64,000 nucleotides of DNA from Oceanispirochaeta sp. (GTDB lineage: Bacteria > Spirochaetota > Spirochaetia > DSM-2461): contig CAXXXD010000002.1 in assembly GCA_963663385.2 (NCBI GenBank), positions 128,001 to 192,000 on the forward strand, written 5' to 3'. The notes below the pieces were generated by a model. The model ran no database searches and was not told where the DNA came from. It saw only the letters and a list, made by a program, of their open reading frames with translations. A program made the translations under genes and the position numbers. Numbering within the stretch: position 1 is the stretch's first letter; the number at the start of each line of letters is the position of its first letter. Shown in pieces: positions 56,901 to 64,000 of the stretch.

Positions 56901-57485
56901 TTCCTTGATGGTATCGTAGGAAACTTCTTCAACTTTCTGAATCTCGTGAGAGGTTCTGAATCCGTCAAAGAAAGACAGGAAGGGAACCTGGGTCTTCAGG
57001 GTTGCCAGGTGAGCTACAATAGCCATGTCCATGGTTTCCTGAATTGAGGAGGCGGCAGTCATGGCGAAGCCGGTGTTCAAACAGGACATAACGTCAGAAT
57101 GATCTCCGAAGATGGAGAGAGACTGAGCGGCCAGTGAACGGGCTGAAACATGGAAAACAGTCGGAATCATTTCACCGGCGATTTTGTGCATGTTGGGGAT
57201 CATCAGAAGAAGACCCTGAGATGCGGTAAAAGTCGTGGTCAATGCACCGGCGGAAAGAGCACCGTGAACGGCACCGGCTGCACCGGCTTCAGACTGCATT
57301 TCCATGACATCGACTTTTTTGCCGAAGACGTTTTCTCTGCCCTGGCTGGCCCAGGAGTCAGAATACTCACCCATGGGTGATGAGGGAGTAATGGGGAAAA
57401 TTGCGGCTACTTCACTGAAGGCATACGCTACATGTGCTGCGGCGGCATTTCCGTCAATGGTAACCATTTTCTTTTCATTTGACAT
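53970..57485 (-). CDS. nifJ: Pyruvate:ferredoxin (flavodoxin) oxidoreductase, single-chain
   Basis: FPITPSS, EMQSEAGAAG, GLGSDGTVGANK, two CxxCxxCxxxCP clusters, FSGACAGCGE, GGDGWAYDIG, YSNTGGQ. Confidence 0.97.
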   Translation of the reverse strand: MSNEKKMVTIDGNAAAAHVAYAFSEVAAIFPITPSSPMGEYSDSWASQGRENVFGKKVDVMEMQSEAGAAGAVHGALSAGALTTTFTASQGLLLMIPNMHKIAGEMIPTVFHVSARSLAAQSLSIFGDHSDVMSCLNTGFAMTAASSIQETMDMAIVAHLATLKTQVPFLSFFDGFRTSHEIQKVEEVSYDTIKELIEPEYIERFRSRAMRPEAPIVKVAAQNPDVYFQGRETTNNIYDSVPEIVQEYMDKLAAKIGRQYHLFDYVGAPDAEKVIIIMGSGCDTAEHAINYLVARGEKVGAIKVRLYRPFSAKAFIDALPASCRKIAVMDRTKEPGSLGEPLYKDVVTVMQGKDITIIGGRYGLSSKEFTPSDVKAIFDHLDGACFHGFTVGIKDDVSNKSIEVKEQINVAPADTFSGMFWGLGSDGTVGANKNSIKIIGDNTDMNAQAYFNYDSKKSGGVTTSHLRFGKSSVNMPWLIVAADFVACSNPAYIGRYDMLGPLKEGGVFLLNTEAPADEIFASLTKEEQQIIIDRKIKFYAMNAYKIAEEVGLGNRTNTVLQAAFFKISGVLPEEQAIDLMKTYIKKTFSRKGEDIVKMNWNAVDKAGEALIKVDVPSSITKSYVPERLIPADADDFTKNIIEKVMHQKGDDIPVSHMSFDGVLPTGTTKLEKRGVAPRVPAWNSDNCIQCNQCVQSCPHAAIRAKQIRPADLAGAPDTFNVVDLKASKDKEADLKYKIQVYTDDCQGCGVCIETCPAKDKALTWSTLEKERAAGEHENEKFFEPLPYGALDGSSEENVKGMQFRRPLFEFSGACAGCGETPYVKLVSQICGHNMVAANATGCSSIYGGTFPTIPYTKNEQGRGPAWGNSLFEDNAEYGFGMRLAVDSNRTLLKKKVDELLAAGTTPELTSALKASLELWEDKSQKAIDAQDAVKAALPKDAAGDETMAKVIELQDYFVDKSVWIIGGDGWAYDIGFGGVDHVLAAGKNVNILVVDTEVYSNTGGQASKATPIAAVAKFANAGMRLGKKNMSLMAMSYGYCYVASIALGANRNHAQKAIMEAEAYDGPSIIFAYAPCIAHGINMMKTQVEQKRAVDCGYWPLYRYNPTMEEGKKFSWDCKEPTESYQDFIRSERRYTALMKTAPDEAEALYAEAEADAKHRWEFFKKMGEIM

Positions 57486-57526
57486 ATGAGAAATCCCTTA
57501 TAAATTAGAATAGTTTTGACCCCAAT

Positions 57527-57555
57527 ATAATATAAGGAATGGGAGATAGGGGCAA
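57527..57555 (-). promoter_or_regulatory. Candidate sigma70 promoter of nifJ
   Basis: Minus strand TTGCCC (57555-57550)-17 nt-TATTAT (57532-57527). Confidence 0.5.
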
Positions 57556-57696
57556 GGGCCGGTTCTTACCCCATTCGTAAAATGGGTAGAGAAATATCGA
57601 CTTATTCGCAATTCTATGATGCAAAAAATCCAACATTGGAAAAATCACGGGATTTTCCACTCTGTGATTTTCAGTTCAGATTTCCGACTATTCCCT

Positions 57697-59277
57697 TTAA
57701 CGGTATAGAAGGCGCATATATTCCAGTCTGGCAAAATCCTCTAACAGGGATCTATCTATCTGTTCCGACCGGAAATCCCTTACGGGGACGGAGGGAGTAT
57801 CAAACGATGAGAGAATAGATTCGAATGCTCTTCCGTAGGACTCCATCCCATAGTTTTCATATAGACAGGCTTTCTGCTGATCCGGGGAGGGTTGTGTGAT
57901 GGAGGACAGTTTTTCAAGCAGTTCCGTATTTATCAACCGGCACTCTTCCCTATAGGACGGATCGGAGGCTATCTGTTCAAGAAACCTGTATTGATCCTCC
58001 GGAGAAAGATAGGAGAAGTCTATTCCTTCAGAATCAAGGAGACTGTCCAACTGTTCTCTCAATCGATTCTGAAGCCGAGACGGCATTTCCGTACTGACCG
58101 ATGCAAAACGGCTGGTGTATTCCCGCCTTAACGCTTCCTTCAGCCCCCTGTCGCCGGGGATACGAACAGTCTGGTATAAGAGGCTGGGGTAATGACTGAG
58201 GAGGGGAATAAAACCGCCCATAATATCCAGATGCCGGGCTATAAGGGGTTTATTCCAGACAATGGCATTCAGATACATATAGCCGAACCCTTCCTGAACG
58301 GATGAGGAGAATATACAGTCCGCCCCCTGAATCATATCTCTGTAAGTGATTCCCGACTCTTCCGGCAGAAGGCCGGTTCCCCAGAATCCCGGGATAAGTC
58401 CTTCGGCAAAAGCCTTTTCACTAAGATCCGAGTAGGGTTTCTCCTGAGGGGATATCCCCGGGAGTGTCACCACAAGGTTTACAGGATTCTCCATCAAGGC
58501 TGTAATAAAACCGCCCTCCAGCACGTTTTTTCTCCTGATAGAGCGGACCGGGTAGAGCCAGATTTTTCCGTTTTCATGAAACAGTCCTTTTTCCGGAAGG
58601 TAGTGAATCAGTTCTTTCTTTATCCGGGAACTGTTTTTTCCGGATGTATCCTTTTCTGAAGTATCAGTTTCGGGGAGAGGGTTTTCCAGGAGAAACAGCC
58701 TGTCTGAAGGAAGGCCGGCGTTGTTTAACAGATCGAAATCCCTTTTATTTATAACGCAATAGCGGACAGAATCCGACAGGGAATAGAGGGATCCCTCAAT
58801 ATGTTCCCTGAGAATCTTCAAGTTGGCAAAGCGGCCGCACTCCGGAAAATCATGAATCTGGAATATCATCTTCTGCTTTTCCTCTTCCGCCAGAGCAAGC
58901 AGGGCTTTTGTAAACTTCCAGTTTTTTCCAAGATGATAGTTATGAATCAGCCAGACGGTCTGTTCACCCCCGAACAGCCTGAGCAGGAGTTCTTTCAAAC
59001 CGGTTTCGGTCTGATCCGGGTCTCTTCCGGTTGTCAGGTAATCCAGTTCGCACATTATCCGTATGGACAGGGCGGTTCTGCTATCCGGAAAGGAGGAGCG
59101 AAGCTCATTCAGGTAATTATTCAGAGGAGCGATATTTTCATCCCTGCCGCATACCAGGGTAATGGACTGAAAGGCCGTTTTCCGGTAGAACGACTGGAGG
59201 GAAAGCCGGATGACATCTGTAACTCCCCCGGGGAGCAGATGATAGTGAAAAATGATCAGGTCCTGAAGCTGTTTCAT
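57697..59277 (-). CDS. GT-B fold glycosyltransferase (GT4-like)
   Basis: HYHLLPGGVTDVI, IHNYHLGKN, IHDFPE, PVRSIRRKN, SSVQEGFGYMYLNA. GGAGG RBS. Confidence 0.75.
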   Translation of the reverse strand: MKQLQDLIIFHYHLLPGGVTDVIRLSLQSFYRKTAFQSITLVCGRDENIAPLNNYLNELRSSFPDSRTALSIRIMCELDYLTTGRDPDQTETGLKELLLRLFGGEQTVWLIHNYHLGKNWKFTKALLALAEEEKQKMIFQIHDFPECGRFANLKILREHIEGSLYSLSDSVRYCVINKRDFDLLNNAGLPSDRLFLLENPLPETDTSEKDTSGKNSSRIKKELIHYLPEKGLFHENGKIWLYPVRSIRRKNVLEGGFITALMENPVNLVVTLPGISPQEKPYSDLSEKAFAEGLIPGFWGTGLLPEESGITYRDMIQGADCIFSSSVQEGFGYMYLNAIVWNKPLIARHLDIMGGFIPLLSHYPSLLYQTVRIPGDRGLKEALRREYTSRFASVSTEMPSRLQNRLREQLDSLLDSEGIDFSYLSPEDQYRFLEQIASDPSYREECRLINTELLEKLSSITQPSPDQQKACLYENYGMESYGRAFESILSSFDTPSVPVRDFRSEQIDRSLLEDFARLEYMRLLYR

Positions 59278-59439
59278 CCTGGGGATCCTCCTGATTTGAA
59301 TAGTAAAGGAATATTCCTGCTAAAAGCAAGCTCTGTTTTATGGGGGAATCAGGTGTTGACAATTGTAAATCGTATAAATATCCGCTAATATGAGAGTTAT
59401 AAAAACCTTCCGGGTTTCAAGTTTAAAATAAGAGGAAGA

Positions 59440-61917
59440 ATGATGAAGAAGCTTTTGATGCTGCTGATGATTCCGATGGTTCTATTATCCTGCGGTCCGA
59501 AAGAAATTGCTCCTGAAAGACCGGTTCAGGATGCAGCTGTTGAAACCGCAACAAAGGATGACGCTCCTGTTGTTGAAGAAACAGAAGCTGTTGCCATTGA
59601 GGCATTGAGTGAAGGTCTTGTTGTTTTTACCTCCGGCGATGTATTTGTAAACCGCGACGGAGCGGAAGAGTACCTGGAAATAGGAGATACCCTTGTTCAG
59701 GGGGATGTGGTGGAGACTGCTGAAGAGTCCTACTGCGAAATCCAACTGGGTGAAATTGCCATAGTGAGGATGGAACAGAACTCCATTGTGGCCATGAGTA
59801 CCCTTTTTACAAGTGAACAGGGGAGCAATATGTCCGTGGATCTGGAAGACGGACAGGTTTTGTGCAAAGTCAGAAAACTCCTGGAAGAGGACAGTTTTAA
59901 AGTTAAAGCCGGGACTGTTGTCTGTGGAGTCCGCGGTACCGAATTCGGTGTAAGCGCCAAAGGCAGTGCGGATGTTCTTCTGGCGGTAAAAGAGGGAGCC
60001 GTAGCGGTAACTCCTGCTTCCCTTGAGAAAATTGCTGAACTTGCTGCCGGAGAAGACGCCCTGGATGAGGTTGTCGACCTGATTAAAGAGGCCTCCCTCG
60101 TGGTAGGCGCTTCGGAAGAAATGGTTATTGAGAAAGAAGCCTTTAAAGAGCTGGAAGAGATTGCTCCGGCCATTGAAGAAGTTGTAAAGGTTCTGGAAAA
60201 AAAGAGCGAGTCCAAAGCTGCTGCTGATGAAACAGCCCTGACTGCGGTAACGGAAGAGGTGGTCAGACAGGCAGCCCTTCTGAAGGCCGTTCTTGAAGAG
60301 AAACCGGAAGTGGTGGCTCCCGTTGTTCTGAAAAAGGTTGAAATCTCCGAGGAATCCCTGGAGGAGCTGGCTTCCACCGATGAAATGGAACTGATCTCAT
60401 TTACACCGGTTGAAACAGAAGAGGGGAAAGAGGCCCCCGCACCGGTTCTGCCTACGCTGTATAAACTGAATATTACTGTTGAGCCTGCCGGGGCTTCCAT
60501 CCTGTCCGACGGAAAGGAAGTGGCCAGGGGCAGTTTAAAACGCCTGTATGCCGATGGGAAGGTGCTGAATTTCGAGTTCCGTCTGGAAGGGTATAAATCC
60601 CGAAGCCTCAACCTGGTAGTCGGCAGTGACATGCCCGGAGAACAGAGAATTGTTCTGGAACCGGAAGAAGACCTGAATGCTCTTCTCCCGGTGGAGGAAC
60701 CTGAAGAAGTTCCGGTCGTCAAAACACCGGAAACAGCCGGCCCGGTAGATGTAAAAATAAGCTGTGAACCCTCCGATGCGGTTCTTACGGTAAACGGCAG
60801 CACCGCAGAGGGAGCCTGGAGCGGACAGGTGGACGCGGGATCTTCCATCCGTGTCAAAGCCGAGAGAAACGGTTTTGCCTCTCAGGAACTGACTCTTACG
60901 GCAGCGGCCGGATTAAACAAGGTTATACGTCTGGAACCCCGTCCCATAGAAATCCGGAGCTCTCTGGGGAACGGAAATCTGGTAGGAGCACTCAGCGGCA
61001 GTATGGACAGGATGATCGGGGCGGATGCAACGGGTAAACTCACGGCATTTAATGCTTCGGGAGAAGTCCTGTGGCAGTATCAGTCCGGTAATTCCGATAA
61101 TGCAAACTCTTCTGCTGTAATAAACGGCAACCGGGTCTACTTTTCCGGCGGTACGGAACTGGTTGTCCTGAACAGCACAGACGGAAGTCTGGTCGCCCAA
61201 TATCCCCTTTCCGAAGAGCGTTCCCATATTTTCGGGCGGCAGGTTATGCCCCTGGGAGATTCCGTTCTCTTCCCGGCTAATCAGGAACTGGTTGTAATGG
61301 ATCGGGACGGTAAGGATCAGAGGACCTACGCCATACCGGAAACATCCAGTATGTCTTCCTCCCTGTGGAAAGACAAAATTGTCATAGCGGACAAGAAGGG
61401 AACCCTGCTGATTCTGGACTCTGCCGATGGAAGCACAATCTCTTCTATCCCAACCGGTTCTCTGCAGGCGGTCGCCCAGGCTCCGGCCATTATGGGGAAC
61501 CGGGCAGTCTTTGCCAGCCGGAAGGGGGTCGTTACCGCCGTTGATCTGGCCAGCGGGTCCGTTTTGTGGGAAAGAAAGCTGGATCGGACGGTTTTTGCCA
61601 ATATTATGGCTGAGGATGAAGGCTGTTATGTCTATACAACCAAGCGTGAGCTCTTTGCCCTCTCCTGGGATTCGGGAGACGATCTTTTTCCGGCTTTCAG
61701 CGATATTTCCGCCGTACCAGGTTACGATAAGGGGCGGCTCTATATGACCGACCGGTCCGGAATGATGAAGGTTATTAATGCGTCAAGCGGCAAAGTGGAA
61801 GGGTCTCTGGATCTGAAAGACTCCTTTACGGCCAAACCGATAATACGGAACGGTATCCTGATCGGTGTGGGAACAAACGGGAATTTCTTCCGGATAAATA
61901 CGGAGGGTATCCGGTAG
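59440..61917 (+). CDS. Lipoprotein with FecR-like domain, acidic helical linker, two PEGA-like domains and a PQQ-like (BamB-type) beta-propeller
   Basis: Lipobox LLSC; FecR-like GDVVETAEESYCEI...VCGVRGTEF; PEGA-like ITVEPAGASI and ISCEPSDAVL; propeller blades such as LTAFNASGEVLWQY and AVDLASGSVLWE. Confidence 0.8.
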   Translation: MMKKLLMLLMIPMVLLSCGPKEIAPERPVQDAAVETATKDDAPVVEETEAVAIEALSEGLVVFTSGDVFVNRDGAEEYLEIGDTLVQGDVVETAEESYCEIQLGEIAIVRMEQNSIVAMSTLFTSEQGSNMSVDLEDGQVLCKVRKLLEEDSFKVKAGTVVCGVRGTEFGVSAKGSADVLLAVKEGAVAVTPASLEKIAELAAGEDALDEVVDLIKEASLVVGASEEMVIEKEAFKELEEIAPAIEEVVKVLEKKSESKAAADETALTAVTEEVVRQAALLKAVLEEKPEVVAPVVLKKVEISEESLEELASTDEMELISFTPVETEEGKEAPAPVLPTLYKLNITVEPAGASILSDGKEVARGSLKRLYADGKVLNFEFRLEGYKSRSLNLVVGSDMPGEQRIVLEPEEDLNALLPVEEPEEVPVVKTPETAGPVDVKISCEPSDAVLTVNGSTAEGAWSGQVDAGSSIRVKAERNGFASQELTLTAAAGLNKVIRLEPRPIEIRSSLGNGNLVGALSGSMDRMIGADATGKLTAFNASGEVLWQYQSGNSDNANSSAVINGNRVYFSGGTELVVLNSTDGSLVAQYPLSEERSHIFGRQVMPLGDSVLFPANQELVVMDRDGKDQRTYAIPETSSMSSSLWKDKIVIADKKGTLLILDSADGSTISSIPTGSLQAVAQAPAIMGNRAVFASRKGVVTAVDLASGSVLWERKLDRTVFANIMAEDEGCYVYTTKRELFALSWDSGDDLFPAFSDISAVPGYDKGRLYMTDRSGMMKVINASSGKVEGSLDLKDSFTAKPIIRNGILIGVGTNGNFFRINTEGIR

Positions 61918-61945
61918 GGGTATTACCGGAAAATAATCTTTTCTG

Positions 61946-61975
61946 ACCGGGGAGTGAGTATCCCCGGTTTTTTTT
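61946..61975 (+). terminator. Intrinsic terminator
   Basis: ACCGGGGA-GTGAGTA-TCCCCGGT followed by a T-run. Confidence 0.8.
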
Positions 61976-62088
61976 GCATCAAAAAAAAACATATTTTCTT
62001 TATTGATTTATCCTTGTATAATTGGCACAATTGTTTACTAATTGATGGCCGGTATATCTCCGGCGATACTGCAAGAGGAGTTTCATTA

Positions 62089-63906
62089 ATGAAAAAAGAT
62101 GTTTTATTTATTCTGTTTTTTACTCTACTGTTGTTCACAGTAGGATGTAAAAATGTATCCTCACCCAATAGCGATGATTCGATAGAGGATGTGGACGATA
62201 CAACAGATAATCCTTTGAATGAGGATAGTTCTGCTCAGAACAGCAGCGGAGGAACAAATGTCAATGGTGTAATCACTATTCCCAACAGCCTGAACATTGT
62301 TTCATCAGGGGCGTCCAGGGCTGCGGTGGCCGATTTAACCGGGAATATTGTTATCCTTATTGGAGATGTCGAACTAACCATCCCCGCCGGTTCTCTTGAA
62401 ATCGACAGTGCTTATATCAGGGCGCCCTTCTCGCAGGACCTGGACTTTTCCGGATTGGTTGTCATAACGTATTTTTCAGAACTGGTTTATCAGGGGACTG
62501 CCATTGAAGCCGCCGGTACAGTTATGACTGTGGTAAATAACGGCGCAGATAACAATATTAATGATACCGATGGTGACGGGAGTGTTTCATCGGATGAAGA
62601 GACGGGAACTTTCAGTGACGTAAGCCTTACGGACACATCCCTGACAGGTGTTCCTGTCATAGATGCTTTCAGCGTTTCTTCTCATACGTCAGATTCTCCG
62701 GTTATTACGTTTTCAGCGTCCTTATCCAATATGAATATGGAGTTTGTAACTCTGAAGGTAAATGATTCCTACCGGATTATCGACCTTAATCTTGCGGGTG
62801 GAGCATGCAGTGTAAATGGGAAAGAGCTACCTCTTTCTCCCGGTGTGAACGAAGTGCAATTAATAGCGATAAACAGTAATGGTGTTACCAAATCGGGTAT
62901 TGAATCTGTTACATATAATTCCCAGGTTGAACCCGGATCTCAGGGGCTGCTGTTCACGCTGGACTGGGACACTCCTACAAGTGATATGGATCTGCATACG
63001 TATTATTATTCGGATACTTCACCCACAAGTTCTCTGGCACCTGCATGGCATAATTATTTTGGAAATATGACAGCTCCTTTAATGGATTCTGAGCTGTCAA
63101 GCCTGCCTGGAGATGTTAGCGCCATATCGACAATTGATGGAGCCGATACTAATATTTCATTTGATCATGCTTCAATAGATTTCGATTTTTACACTTCAGA
63201 ATTGGAAATCTCTTTATGGTCAGCCAGTGACAGGAATCAATTTATTGATATTGAAGTTGATTCCACTCTTTCCCAGCTGGGAGTTGGATCCTACGCTCTA
63301 AGCGGATCGGGTTCATTTAGGTGTTATAATAGATATTTCGATTTTACTTTAACATCCGGTTCAATCAATATAACAGCTATTGATTCGGATCAGTATTCCG
63401 GAACAATAACTATGAGCGGTTCTGCATCCGTTTCCGGGACCCCCCAGGGAACATTCTCAACAGCAATTTCATTTAACCACGCTTTTAATGCAGATTCCAA
63501 TTTGTATTCTATCGCAAATAAACTGGATGTAGATGATGTCTATGGGTATGGACCGGAGCATTTTACACTGAATGATGCTCCTGACGGATACTATGTTGTT
63601 GCAGTGAATTCCTATGACCTGGATTCAGATCCTGACACACGGTGTTTTGTTACGATTCAGACCTCAGAAGCAATGCAAGTTCTGGGTCCCTATCTTTTTA
63701 CGGAAAGCAATGGAATGGATTATCCCATAGAAGGTAGCGGCTCCTGGTACCGAGTTGCAGATATCAAGGTTGTTAACGGCAAAGCGACAATTCTTAATGC
63801 TAATACAGGGCTAAACAGTAATCTTGCTGCAGGGCTGGGACCGGTGGGAAGTTTCAGTCTCAATAGATCTATTCAAAATGAAGGAATTATTTCTTCCCGA
63901 AAATAG
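62089..63906 (+). CDS. Ser/Asp-rich lipoprotein with Ig-like region and an interrupted YfaP/DUF2135-like domain
   Basis: Start moved to ATG 62089 (GAGGAG RBS). Lipobox TVGC; LSPGVNEVQLIA; FTLDWDTPTSDMDLH and LDVDDVYGYGPEHF...GYYVVAVN. Confidence 0.75.
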   Translation: MKKDVLFILFFTLLLFTVGCKNVSSPNSDDSIEDVDDTTDNPLNEDSSAQNSSGGTNVNGVITIPNSLNIVSSGASRAAVADLTGNIVILIGDVELTIPAGSLEIDSAYIRAPFSQDLDFSGLVVITYFSELVYQGTAIEAAGTVMTVVNNGADNNINDTDGDGSVSSDEETGTFSDVSLTDTSLTGVPVIDAFSVSSHTSDSPVITFSASLSNMNMEFVTLKVNDSYRIIDLNLAGGACSVNGKELPLSPGVNEVQLIAINSNGVTKSGIESVTYNSQVEPGSQGLLFTLDWDTPTSDMDLHTYYYSDTSPTSSLAPAWHNYFGNMTAPLMDSELSSLPGDVSAISTIDGADTNISFDHASIDFDFYTSELEISLWSASDRNQFIDIEVDSTLSQLGVGSYALSGSGSFRCYNRYFDFTLTSGSINITAIDSDQYSGTITMSGSASVSGTPQGTFSTAISFNHAFNADSNLYSIANKLDVDDVYGYGPEHFTLNDAPDGYYVVAVNSYDLDSDPDTRCFVTIQTSEAMQVLGPYLFTESNGMDYPIEGSGSWYRVADIKVVNGKATILNANTGLNSNLAAGLGPVGSFSLNRSIQNEGIISSRK

Positions 63907-63917
63907 ACCGATATACC

Positions 63918-63961
63918 CCCTCTCCGGATACCCACGCTTTCGCTCGGGTATCCGGAGAGGG
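63918..63961. repeat. Perfect 16-bp inverted repeat (terminator or REP-like)
   Basis: CCCTCTCCGGATACCC-12 nt-GGGTATCCGGAGAGGG; no U-tract. Confidence 0.6.
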
Positions 63962-64000
63962 ACAAAGGGCATATCATTATACCTCGCCCTTCTAACCTAT

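Noticed and set aside
57637..57671. Imperfect inverted repeats upstream of nifJ as a Rex operator
   Set aside because: They do not match TTGTGAA-N4-TTCACAA; they may be a weak terminator of the upstream gene, but support is too thin.
59730..60857. 375-aa Ser-rich minus-strand ORF
   Set aside because: Antisense to the Glu-rich part of the FecR lipoprotein; the Ser richness mirrors its Glu codons.

Overview
Gene-dense chromosomal window, probably from a free-living spirochaete (Spirochaetaceae-like). This is inferred from Cys-less 'A|xGxxE' solute-binding-protein N-termini, a B-repeat/DUF1566-like lipoprotein, a FecR-PEGA-PQQ lipoprotein and a single-chain PFOR. I saw no rRNA, tRNA, CRISPR array, transposase, integrase or reverse transcriptase. 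In order: the 5' end of a glycerol-type ABC ATPase; a four-gene surface module (diguanylate cyclase, 7TM-PAS-LuxR regulator, barrel/transglutaminase/TPR protein, six-B-repeat lipoprotein); an orphan methyltransferase; two large uncharacterised membrane proteins (one with a degenerate PHP domain); three Fe3+/AfuABC-family ABC importers with two two-component systems and a phosphohexomutase; a LacI-controlled xylitol locus; an MMPL/LolA-like/outer-membrane trio; a GH3 glycosidase; KtrAB; an ABC importer co-operonic with UbiD/UbiA/UbiX late futalosine-type menaquinone genes; nifJ; a GT-B glycosyltransferase; and two large lipoproteins. Best candidates for undescribed systems: (1) a quinone-precursor salvage operon (48.4-53.7 kb); (2) a divergent 'sensor ABC + intramembrane kinase' and 'induced ABC' pair with a 4 x 11-bp operator and a CTG-initiated regulator (21.7-31.6 kb); (3) a Lap-like adhesin/transglutaminase/c-di-GMP module (1.1-7.9 kb); (4) the PHP/2TM pair facing a PhoBR-like locus; (5) the shared Cys-less N-terminal motif on four binding proteins. 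All family calls are by-eye motif recognition, not database searches.
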